Shown here in pieces: positions 26,561 through 38,448 of a stretch of 64,000 nt of DNA. The DNA lies in assembly GCA_043228905.1 (NCBI GenBank), contig JBHGNT010000005.1, forward strand, positions 24,676,001 to 24,740,000. The letters are read 5' to 3'. This DNA comes from Azolla caroliniana (Eukaryota; Plantae; Polypodiophyta). The notes under the pieces are model-generated. The model saw nothing but the letters and a program-made list of their open reading frames with translations. It was not told where the DNA came from and ran no database searches. The position numbers and the translations under genes are program-made. Within the stretch, counting starts at the first letter, position 1; each line of letters begins with the position of its first letter.

Positions 26561-26890
26561 CCATTGCCATCATTCTATACTCAGTTGCCGCTACTGTCCA
26601 GTCCCGGATTGCTTCCACATTTCGATTTGACGGAGTTCACTCATCCAACAGCAAAATTCTACACTTAGTTGTCGCCATTGGTCGGTCTTGGATCGCCTCC
26701 TCAACTGTTCGATCCAACGGAGTGAACTCCTCTACTGTTCGGTCTTGGATTGCAATAACTTTTCTGTCTATTGATTATTTTGTGTATTGTTGTGTCTAAT
26801 ATTGTGTATTGTGGAATATTTTTGTTTATTGTTGTTGCCCATAGCTATCTTAAATACTTGTTTTTTTTTCTGGAAATTTAGGGTTTTAAC

Positions 26891-29800
26891 ATGTCCAGCC
26901 AAATGGAAGGGGAAGAAGGGTGTTTAGAATTACCCCTCAATGATCATAAGGATAGGGATGATGCTATCAGGACACAACAAGCCATACGAAACTATTGGGC
27001 AGAAAAAAAAGGAAACATCGTCAATTGTTGAAAGATATAAAAGCCACACTCAGTAAAGGTAAGGATAGTTTAGCTGAGAATGTAAGTAATGTGACTACCA
27101 TCATAGAGAGAAAGGTTGTAGACTATTTCAATGTTCAAACCAAGCACATCAGCAATGAAGAAAAGAAGGTAGTACTTTATGGAATATGTAATGATCCATC
27201 GATAAAGGACTTAGTTGATTGTGATGGTCTTAATGCAAACATATCATCTATTTTAGTAAATAATCTTCGTAATAGTTTCGTATCCATGAGCAGGTCAGAA
27301 GATGATCTTGTCTTAAAAAGGTCTAGTCTAATGATGTTACTTAATAGTGATGTTGATGATATAAACATCAGTGAGCTATCTAAGGTAATTGGTGTTAGTA
27401 GAAAAACAGTGTACAATACAATGAACCGTATAATTTCCTCGGGTGAAGGAACTAGTCTACTAAAGCTAACTACAAGATGTAAGCCAATGACACCCATAAC
27501 ATTTGAAATCAAGGATGTAATCACAATGTTTTGGACTAATGAGAGTAGGGTTTCACCTAATAAAAAGGATTTATGCAAGAAACGTGTTGGAAGAAATCAA
27601 TACGAGGAGCATCCCATTCATCTTCTTGATGTACCTCAGGTATTTACATTTATCTCAACATTTGTTTTGACTCTACATGGAAAGTTAATTAGCTCAGTTA
27701 GTAGAAAAGCTAATTAGCTTATCAGTTACATTTACCTCAGTTAGCTACTAGGATAGCTACTACATAGGTAACTGGCTACTCTCAATAGCTACTACCATGA
27801 TAACTAATTAGCTATTCTCAATAGCTAATTTAGGTACTACCAGATAATTAGCTGTACTGGTAGCTAGTTAGCTATTTCGTTATTACCAGCTAATTAGCTA
27901 CTAGGAAAGCTAATTAGCTACTAGGATAGCTACTACATAGGTAACTGGCTACTCTCAATAGCTACTACCATGATAGCTAATTAGCTATTCTCAATAGCTA
28001 ATTTAGGTACTACCAGATAATTAGCTGTATTGGTAGCTAGTTAGCTATTTCGTTATTACCAGCTAATTAGCTACTAGGAAAGCTAATTAGCTACCATGAC
28101 AGCTAATTAGCTTACTAGGATAGCTAATTAGCCACCGTGATAGCTAATTAGCTACTAGACCAGCTAATTTGCTACCATGATAGCTAATTAGTTAGGACAG
28201 CTAATTAGCCACCATTATAGCTAATTAGCTACTAGACCAGCTAATTTGCTACCATGATAGCTAATTAGTTACTAGGACAGCTAATTAGCCACCATGATAG
28301 CTAATTAGCTACTAGACCAGCTAATTAGCTACCATGATAGCTAATTAGTTACTAGGAAAGCTAATTAGCTACTAGACCAGCTAATTAGCTACCATGATAG
28401 CTAATTAGCTACAACGACAACTAATTAGCTACTAGGACAGCTAATTAGCTACCATGATAGCTAATTAGCTACCAGATTAGCTAATAAGCTACTAGAATAG
28501 CTAATTAGCTACTAGGATAGTTAGCTAGTTACGAGAATAACTAATTCCCCTTTATTACGCAGGTCGATTTATTTATTAGGTTCAAACGAATGCATCCAAC
28601 TATCAAAGTTCAACTACGAACATTCCAGTCTCTTAAGCCACACTTTGTGAGACGTTTAAAGGATCGATACACATGTTGTTGCATTTACCATGTACAGATG
28701 GGTTTTCTGAAGGACTCTGTTAATCTACTACATCACCATAGCGCATCCCTAACTAATACAGTTTGCACATGTGGGTGCCCAATCTGTCGATCAAGCCTGC
28801 AAGAGGAGTGTAAATCATCTGAGCACGTTATCTCTTCCATGAGTTATTTATTAGATTCAATATTGTGTCCGAGAGAAATTGACGTTATCTTCCATATTCA
28901 TAAATGTGTCATGGGTTTATGTCAAGATTGTGGCCCTACTAGATTTAGGTGGTGTCCAAATGAATTGAGTAGTGAAATATTGATCTCTGTGAAGTTCTTT
29001 GAGTCAGTGAACACCAATTTCGAAGGAAAGGTGTGTAAAAGAAAGGATCTAGTTCGGAAGATGCTTAAACCAAGGGGCTCAACGTTATTAGCTCAACGTT
29101 TGGAGCTTACTCAACATTGGGTTTGGTCTGACGGAGCTGCGTCACAATTCAAGGCTCGACGTCCATTTTATTTTGTGGGGAGGTATCCTGCCATAACAGG
29201 TTTGGAGATGAGATGGATTTTTTTTGGGTCTAGCCATGGTCAAGGTGAACATGATGGTGCAGGGGCTGTTATAAAGCGGGCACTTACCCATGAACAACTA
29301 AAGACAGATGGTGTGCACATGAATTGTGCATCACATGTAGTTGAATTTTTAAGAACAAATATGTCAACCAGTGCCACATGTGTTTATTCCTCGCAAGTCC
29401 GAGATATCAAATGTGAATTTTGGGAAGTTAAGATAGATGAAGTAAATAGGGAGAAGACCTGGGAGTGCCAAGGAATTCCCGAATTGCGATCTCTGCATGC
29501 TTTCGCGGTTATTCCAGGTTGGATGGTCATTGTATTGCAGTTAGAGAATTGACTTGTTTTTGCTTTCATTGTGTGCAGGGAAATTGGAGATATTGTCTAA
29601 ACAAAGCATATATTCAGAATTGAGAGTATCACACTCTGAATGATAAGGAAGCAGTTGATGGAGAAACAAGGCAGAATGCTGACTTCACATATGAGGGACT
29701 TGGAGATACTTTGAGTGATGTCCTGAACGTTGGGGATAACTTCGTTGTAAATGCTGAAGAAGGCAATTCAGAGGGTGCTGATTTCTATATATTAAAGTGC

Positions 29801-30079
29801 ACGGTTAGTAAACAGTGTGCAAGGCAGAATATTGTAGATGCATGGGGAAATTTTGTATCTGCCGGGACATTCTACATCGAAGGCATTTTTTATGCAAAAC
29901 TAGATGACTACGAATATGTGTACAGGCTGTTAGAAGACAAACCAGCGGCGTCCATGTACTCTCATTTGGTCAGGTGCATCAATGTCCCAATGTCAGAATA
30001 CAATAGCTGCTCAGGTTTATACACTGTTGGTGCTAATGTGTATGAATGTATTTACAATAGTATGCCATGGAATTTGTAG
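26891..30079 (+). pseudogene. Sola2-like transposase, spliced (exon to 27639, intron 27640-28562, exon from 28563), with frameshifts and a core deletion
   Basis: CAG|GTATT donor at 27640 and CTAAT..CGCAG| acceptor at 28562 join ORF 26995 (…LLDVPQ) in frame to VDLFIRFKR-MHPTIKV of ORF 28590. Cys-rich segment, then SDG..SQFK and HGxG..DG.GA motifs. Frameshifts in the A-run at ~27003 and near 29500. The first catalytic-Asp region appears deleted near 29075. Confidence 0.7.
27687..28545. repeat. palindromic (TAGCTAATTAGCTA)-based minisatellite in transposase intron
   Basis: Dozens of ~20-21-bp units such as AGCTAATTAGCTACCATGAT and AGCTAATTAGCTACTAGGA. Confidence 0.93.
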
Positions 30080-30427
30080 CTACAAGTAGCACTTACCATG
30101 TTCTCTTGTAAAACAAACATGTATTTTGCAAAAACAGTTAAATAAATTCTTTTGAGAATCAATTTCTTGTATACAGTCTGCTTTCTGTGCTTCTTTCTCA
30201 ATAAAATCATGTCTTTTTTGTTAAGTTTTAAGTTTTAAGTTATAGCGAAATAGTCATCAATAGCTAATTAGCTGTACAAATGCAGCTAATTAGCTGTCAA
30301 TAGCTAAATAGTCATCAATAGCATGAAATCAACAATCTGCAACATATTCCTCAAATTACACAGTAGATAAGTACAGCGGGAACAAGTAATTAAATTCTTC
30401 ATTGAATAATGTCATCTCTTTACATAT

Positions 30428-31767
30428 TTATAAATTACCATTGGAAATGTCTACAAATCTCCTATAAACAGCTAAGCTCTTGCTAGTCAGTGGAACGAGT
30501 CTACATATATTATCCGCATATTGAGCTCGGTATGGAGTCCACAACCATGCACCTAGTTGGCAGCTCACTGTTTGCACAAGGTACTGTTCAGGCATTTCCT
30601 CGGGTAGAATAATACAGAATCTCCGAATATTGAAGTAGTGCCGGAAATGTTCTGTATCCAAAATCAATGTATTGTTGGCATTATATTCAGGCCGAGTAGC
30701 CCAAAAATCAGAAAGTCTCTTGAATCTTGCAGCTTCAATTTGCTCACAATTTTCTCGTGCCCATTGACCTTTAAAACAACGGGCGTCCTTTTCCTCTTCA
30801 AACCCCTAGTCGACTGTGTTGGGCCTGGCTTCACATTCTGGTGCTCTTGTTTTGTCGACTTAGTTATCAATCCTTGGATTACCTCGGTGCATGTAGCTAC
30901 TGATCTGCTCGATATCAGTCCACTGGTATCACATGTTGCATCTACGTGCAACACCAAGTCATCTGTGCTACGTGTTGCATCTACTTGCAACACCAAGTCA
31001 TCCGTGCAGCATGCTTGATCAACTTGTGTGACCAGATCACTTGTGTTAGTTGCTACATCTACTTTCAAGATGGGGCCCTTTAAACATGCCGCAACATCAA
31101 CAGTATCCACACTGCCATTGGCCTTACGAGCAATAGAATCAAACCCTTTAGACTCTGCAACATCAAAAAACACCAACATATTCACACTCACAAAGTAACT
31201 AACAGTCTCACAAAACAACATCCTGAACATCAAAGAGTTTCAGTCATAGAACAACACTCTTCAAATTATCTTGGAAAAACATCATAGAGTTCCATTACAT
31301 AATGTGGATCAAGCAACAACCAATCTGAGGTTTTACTTGTCCAACAGGACAGTAAAACTTCATAAAACCCTAGCAAAATCCCTAAGCTAACAATCATATC
31401 CAACTAAACAATATTTCGCTCCACTACGTCTGGGCCCCTTGACCGAGTAACTGGTCTTGTTCCCAATCGTGGCCCCTTCTTCAGCCTTTTTCTGGTCGGT
31501 TCCCCATTTAGCCTTGCTTCTTTCACCCAATGCGCAAGTGTGTCCTCTCCAACAACCTTCCCATCGCCTCAGCAGCTAATTGCACATCAGCCGTTTCTTG
31601 AACTAGCTTTTCAAGTACAGAGGGATCTATTTGGACATTTTCAATAGTTGGGCTCGGTGGGGTGGAATCAAGGTCTTGAGATTCGAAGAAATGTTGCATC
31701 AAGTGTTCATAAACATTGTTGTTGTGAACCTCAGTTTTACATGTTGTTTCCACTATTTCATGGCATT
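30428..31767 (-). pseudogene. second, convergent transposon-borne gene of unknown function (fragmented, probably spliced)
   Basis: ORFs 31523-31771, 30664-31233 (repeated VDA...TDDLVL motifs, KRKR) and 30428-30667. Possible GT..AG intron ~31155-31336. No recognisable family. Confidence 0.45.
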
Positions 31768-34700
31768 TCAAATACCGAGTTGTCTCTCTTATAAGTTATG
31801 TTTTAGATGGTCAATGTTGGCGGGTCGGCCATCCAACAACATCTAATTAGTTATAATGCAAGTGTCAAAGCGGTAAAACTTTCTTTGTTTTCCAAAGAAT
31901 CATAATGGTGCAGTGGAAGCGTGGTGGGCCCATAACCCAAAGATCCCAGGATTGAAACGTGGCTCTGATCTAAAGAGTTTTTTAGTGTGGTCGTATGTAT
32001 AGCCTTGAAACCCGAACCATCACTCTTATGTTTCACATGCTTTGTAGTGTTGTGTCGGCAATACGACGACTTCTTAGTAGGTACAATCCGAGAGCGAAAG
32101 CGGTAATTCTTTTTAGGTTCTTCACAGAATTTGATTGGCGCAATGGACGCATGGTGGGCGTCGCCTAAATAGCAACTTCTTAATCAGTACGATTAGAGAG
32201 GCAAAAATATGTGTCACTGTTGTCGGACCGATATGCTCGAATACGAAGCCGTCGGTCTTACATTTCAGATGTTCAGTGTTGGCGCGTCGGCCATACAACT
32301 ACATCTTAATTGGTATGATCTAAGCGTCAAATTGGTAATCCTTTTTTTGTTTTTCAAAGAATGAGGATGGGATAGTGGAAGCGTGTTGGGCCCATAACCC
32401 ACAGGTCCCAGTATTGAAAACTTGCTCTGATATAAAGAGTTTGTTGGTGTGGTTGTATCTATAACTTCGAATCCCGAACCGTCCCTGGTATGTTTCACAA
32501 GCATAGTAGTGTCATGTCAGCAATACAACAACTTCTTAGTAAGTACAATACGAGAGCTAAAGTGGTAATTCTTTTTAGGTTCTCCACAGAATTTGACTGG
32601 CGCAAAGGATGTATGGTGGGCCTCGCCTAAATAGCAACTTCTTAATCGGTACGATCGAAGACGCAACAACATGTGTCACTGTGTGGTCGGATTGATATGC
32701 TCGAATACGGAGTTGTCACGCTTATGTTTCACATGCTTAGTACTAGCGTGTCGACAATACAAAACCTTCTTAGTAGGTACAACACAAGAACCGAAGCGGT
32801 AATTCTTTTTAGGTTCTTCACAAATTTTGATTCATGCAATCGACGCATGGTGGGCCTCGCCTAAATAACAACTTGCTAATCGATATGATCGGAAAGGCAA
32901 CAACATGTGTCATAGTGGTCAGATCGATATTCTCGAATACGGAGCCGTTGCTCTAATTTTTCAGATGTTCACTGCTATCACGTCGGCCATACAACAACAT
33001 CTTAGTAGGTATTATCTGAGTGGTAAAGTGGTAATTTTTTTTTGTTTTCCAAAAAATTAGAATGGTGTAGTGGAAGTGTGGTGGGCCCATATCCTACAGG
33101 TCCCAAGATCGAAACCTGGCTCTAATGTAAATAGTTTGTTGCTGTGGTCAGATCTATAGCCTCGAATCCGGAATCGTCGCTCTTATATTTCATATGCATA
33201 GTAGTGGCATGTCACCAATACAACTTCTTAGTAGGTATGATCCGATCGTCAAAGTGGTAATCCTTTTTTCGTTTGCCAAAGAATCAGAATCGTGCAGTGG
33301 AAGTGTGGTGGGCCCATAACCCACAAGTCCCAGGATCGAAACCTGGTTCTGATATAAAGAGTTCGTTGGTGTAGTCATATTTATAGCCTTGAAAACCGAA
33401 TCATCGCTTTTATGTTTGACATGGTTAGTACTCGTATCTCGGCAATACAACAACTTTTTAGTAGGTACAATACGAGAGCCAAAGTGACAATTCTTTTTAG
33501 GTTCTTCATAGAATTTGAGTGGCGCACTGGACATCAGGTGGGCCTATTACCCACAGGTCCGAGTATTTAAACGTGCTTGTGATATAAAGCCTACATCGGT
33601 GAGGTCGATTTGATACGTTGAGCCGTCGCTTTTATGTTTTGTATGTTCCGTACTGATGCCTCGTCTAAATAGTAACTTATTAATCGATACGATCGGAGAG
33701 TGAACAACATGTGTCACTGTGGTTGCATCGATATGCTCGAATACAGAGGTGTCGCTCTATGTTTTAGATGTTCATCAATGTCGCATCGGCTATACAACAA
33801 TATCGTAGTAGATATGATCCGAGCCTCAAAGTAGTAATCCTTTTGTTGTTTTCCAAAGAATCAGAGTGGCACAGTGGAAGCGTGGTGGGCCCATAACCCA
33901 CAAGTCCCAGGATCGAAACCTGGCTCTGATATAAGGAGTTTGTTGGTGTCCCTGGATCTATAGCCTCTTATGTTTGACATGCCTTGTAGTGCCATGTCAG
34001 CAAACAACAACTTCTTAGGTACAATCCGAGAGCCAAATTGGTAATAATTTTCAAGTTCTTTACATAATTTGAGTGGTGCAGTGGTCGCATGGTGGGCCTA
34101 TAATTCATATGTCCCATCATTGAAACCTGCCTTTGGTATAAATTCTACATCGATGTGGTTGAATCAATACCCTTGAATCCCGAGCTGTGGCGTTTATGTT
34201 TTGTATGTTCCGTGTTGGTCGTTCGTCTAAGTAGTGGCGTGTCGGTAATACAACAACTTCTTAGTAGGTACAAAACGAGAGCCAAAGCGGTAACTCTTTT
34301 TAGGATCTTCATTGAATTTGAGTGGCACACTGGACGCGTGGTGGGCCTATAACCCACAGGTCGCACTATTGAAAGTGCATGTGATATATAGCCTGCATCG
34401 GTGTGGTCGACTCGATCACCTTGAATCCCGACCGTCACTTTTATGTTTTGTATGTTCCGTGCTGATGCCTCGTGAAAATAGTAACTTCTTAATCGGTACG
34501 ATCGTAGAGGCATCAATATGTGTCAGTGTGGTGAGACCCATATGCTCGAATACGGAGCCATCTCTCTTATGTTTAAGATGTTCAGTGATGGCGCATCGAC
34601 AATACAACAACGTCTTAGTAGGTATAATCAGAGGCTCAAAGTGGTAATCCTTTTTTTGTCTTCCAAAGAATTAGAGTGGTGCAGTAGAAGCGTGATGGGC

Positions 34701-35961
34701 CCATAACCCAAAGTCCCAGGATCGAAACCTGGCTTTGATATAATGACTTTACTCGTGTGGTCAAATGTATAGACTCGAATCCGAAACCGTCGCTACTATG
34801 TTTGACATGCATAGTAGTTGCATATCGGCAATACAACAACTTCTTAGTAGGTACAATTCGAGAGCCAAAGTGGTAATTCTTATTAGGTTCTTCATAGAAT
34901 TTGAGTGGTGGACTGAACGCGTGATGGGCCTATTACCCACAAGTCCGAGTATTGAAATGTGCCTGTGATATATAGCCTACATCGGTGTGGTCGAATCGAT
35001 ACCCTTGAATCCTGAGCCGTCGCTTTTATGTTTTGTATGTTCCATGCTGATGCTTCGTCTAAATAGGAACTTCTTAATCGCTACGATCACAGAGGTATCA
35101 ACATGTGTCAGTGTGGTCGTATGGATATGCTTGAATACAGAGCCATCGCTCTTATGTTTCAGATGTTTAGTGCGGGTGCGTTGGCCATACAACAACATTT
35201 CATTTTTTCGTTTTCCAAAGAATTAGAGTGGCGCAGTGGAAGCATGGTGAGCCCATAACCCATAGGTTCCAGGATCGAAACTTGGCTCTGATATAAAGAG
35301 TTTGTTGGTGTCGTCGGATTTATAGCCTCGAAACCTGAACCGTCGCTCTTATGTTTGACATGCTTAGTAGTTGTGTGTCGGCAATACAACAACTTCTTAG
35401 GAGGTACAAAACAAGAGGCAAAGCGGTAACTCTTTTTAGGATCTTCATAGAATTTGAGTGGCGCACTGGACGCGTGGTGGGCCTATTACCCACAATTCAC
35501 TTTATTGAAATGTGCATGTGCTATATAGCCTACATCAGTGTGGTCGAATCGATCACCTTGAATCCCGAGGTGTTGCTTTTATGTTTTGTATATTCCGTGT
35601 TGATGCCTCGTCAAAATAGTAACTTCTTAATCGGTATGATCGCAGAGGCATCATTACAACAACTTCTTTGTAGGTACAAAACGAGAGCCAAAGCGTTAAC
35701 TCTTTTTAGGATCTTCATAGAATTTGAGTGGCGCACTGGACGCATGGTGGGCCTATAAGCCATAGGTCACAATATTGAAATGTGCATGTGATATATAGCT
35801 TACATAGGTGTGGTCGAATAGATCATCTTGAATCCCGAGCCGTCGCTTTTATGTTTTGTATGTTCCGTGCTGATGCCTCGTCTAAATAGTAACTTCTTAA
35901 TTGGTACGATCACAGAGGCATCAATATGTGTCAGTGTGGTCGGATTGATATGCTCGAATAC
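31768..35961 (+). repeat. tRNA-iMet-derived tandem array, segment 4 (~16 copies incl. partial)
   Basis: Same unit; copies e.g. at 31899, 32361, 33056, 33282, 33513, 33860, 34067, 34316, 34670, 34899, 35222, 35452, 35722. Confidence 0.9.
33860..33931 (+). tRNA. tRNA-iMet (CAT), near-intact copy or pseudogene
   Basis: Differs from 24990-25061 by two G->A changes (D-stem mismatch, variable loop). Confidence 0.55.
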
Positions 35962-38448
35962 TAAAGTGTTAAGAAACGCATGTAACCATTCATGCGGGAA
36001 ACGTGAACAGCTAAAAGCCCTGTGTATATAAAGGGCAGGAATCTTCTTTAAGAGGTAGCGTGTAATTTCAGAGTATAGAGCGTTTTTCTAATAGAATACT
36101 ATCTTCTCTGATCTCTGATCTCTGTGCATATCTTTCTCTATTATGTACTGTTAATCGTAAGGGTGTAGGCGTAAGCGCGGATCCCATCGCACTTCCTAAG
36201 GAGTTCGGTTGTAGCCGTCTCCCTTATACGCTACTAGGATACGAGAGAGGATCCCATTATGATTTACGGTACGAAGGTTCTATTCCTTGTAACACGGTCA
36301 CCTTGAGGTGTACCTCGAAGGACTTACTGTAGACAGTGTTCCTAATTGGTAACACGTTGGGCATGCCTGGTGATCTGTGATTTCTCGCAGACGAACAACG
36401 AGGGATGGATGTCTAGCCGTAAACGACCCAGAGAACCGACCCGACAAGTCCGACCACTCACGAGGTCCATCACACGCCAGATAGAGGAGCGTGCAAGGCA
36501 AAAAGCTTGCCTTAGTGATATCTGTCCGGATGACAAAATCTACTCCACGCTCACCCAACACCGCAACGTCAAGCAGGAAGTTCTGTCACCACACGAGTAC
36601 CGTGATCTTTCGCTACCCTCCATCACATCCGGAATGGCCTTCTCCTACCCACGCTTTAATGCCGAAACAGACTCCGCAAGCCACATCCGGCTATTCTTGA
36701 ACGTTTGGAACGCGAATCACAAGGCGCAGTGATTCCAGAAGAGGAAGTGCACCAATAAAAAATGACAGAGTTTCATTTAACTCTGGATGGTAGAGCCACG
36801 TTTTGGCATTCACAAATGGATCTAACAACAATCCACACCTTTGACCAGTTGTAGTCAACATTTCTGCGATTTTTTCATCGGAGGGTACCTCAACGCGAAA
36901 TCATCAAGTAGTTCTACACGATCAAGCAACTGCCAACATAATCGGTCACGGACTTTAGCTTAGGCTTCCAAAATCTACGACGGAAATTAGAACGAGCCCC
37001 AACAAATGACGAGGCTAGGGAGATGTTTGTGGCAGCCCTACAGAGGCCTATCAGGACGATGCTCAACACAAGTAGTGTGAAAGGGGAAACAACCAATCTG
37101 GTCATCGAGCGAGCATTACAGCTTGAGTTGGAGGAAGAAGTGGAAGGATTTTCTCTATCCGCATTAATACAGGCATTCCCTCAGGACGAGGAACGCCACT
37201 TTCGTCACGCTATTCAATGCACAATTTGCCTCAAATCGGGGCATTCCGCGGTGGAATGCAATATGTGAATTCACTTCCCAATTTGTCACTCAAAGGCACA
37301 CACGGTCGAGCAACATGAGTACAATATGCTGAACAAACCTACGCCCACAGTACGACGCGTAGAACCACAGCGACCAGCTCGCTGAAATGATCCAATGCAC
37401 CAAGAGGAACGACCCTGATGTACGGATCGAAATCCATGTGATGACCAGCACTACAACAATCACCAAAATAACAACGATTCCGATGAAGAGGAGCCAGAGG
37501 ACGAAGAATATCGGGGCAAGCACCAATATAATACAGGAGGGCGTCGTTACGACAACCAACGTTCGGCGAATAGGCGTGCTAGATTCAATGGGCCGCGCTC
37601 ACAAGGAAAGCATTGACAGTATAGGGACCAACGACGTTACGACGAAAGTTCGGAGGATGACCAGCGCCAGGAGTCACGCAGGGACTAATCGCAAACACCC
37701 CGGAATTCCCGGAGAATGCAATAAGACCAGGAGGAGCCATTGACGCTTGGGGATAGGAATCCGCCACCAGTTGCAAAGAAAGGAGAGTCCAACGTACATT
37801 GTTTTGCCTGCCAACAGCCCGAACACTACGCAACTCAATGTCCACTGCACAAGGGCAAAGGACCAGTCGTAAATACGATTACGGCGGAAGTTCAGCAGGT
37901 TAAGACACGGCAACAAACAAAGAATGTTGACTGGGCTATACAAGATGAGGTACGCAAAGCGGCCCAAGCATGGGTAGAAAAAGCAAACGCGGCAAATATG
38001 ACGTGTATGCAGCAGGAGTCTGCAACCAATGTTGGGTCACTAGAAGAGAACATCATATCCTCGAACCCCATATGGCAAGCACTGGCAAGCTACGAAATAC
38101 TTATGGAAAAACTCCTTCAACTAGTTCCACGATTTCGGCAAGCCGGGGAGGGACTGTTACACCCTGGTTACATCACCTTTATTCTCTGTCCCTTCGGACA
38201 GAGATACACATCGATTTCCCAGACAATAAATCTTTCCTACCTAGTATGTTTACATGAGCCGACCTATCCCCAATTATGTACTCCTCATCAATACTTCTGC
38301 CCGCGTGTAAGGGCCAGTTCACACTCTCCATTCACTGATTCCTCCTAGCGACAGTTTTCTCCACAACAGCGTGGGAAAGGCGTTCTCACGGTCACCTTGA
38401 GGTCTACCTCGAAGGACTCCGAGTAGACAGTGCTCCTACTCGGTAACA
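35962..38448 (+). mobile_element. Ty3/gypsy-like element remnant (5'-truncated LTR to 36354, decayed gag, 3' LTR end 38386-38448); no pol seen
   Basis: LTR homologous to the 39738-40207 solo LTR, ending GGTAACA. gag-like text (HIRLFLNVW, LDGRATFW) and zinc knuckles CTICLKSGHSAVEC and CFACQQPEHYATQC. CACGGTCACCTTGAGG...GGTAACA is repeated at the 3' end. Confidence 0.7.

Larger units (their letters stand above)
25801..31767. mobile_element. Sola2-like DNA transposon (decayed, probably truncated at right end), two convergent genes
   Basis: Interrupts the satellite between GATATGT and TCAAATAC. Begins GGG. Transposase motifs HP.IKV..RTF..LKP, WSDGAASQFK and FFGSSHGQGEHDGAGAVIKR. No convincing right TIR. 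Confidence 0.65.

Noticed and set aside
31520-31528. CTTTCACCC as the right TIR matching GGGTGAAAG at 25801
   Set aside because: Only 9 bp match, and non-satellite sequence continues another ~240 bp; likely chance.
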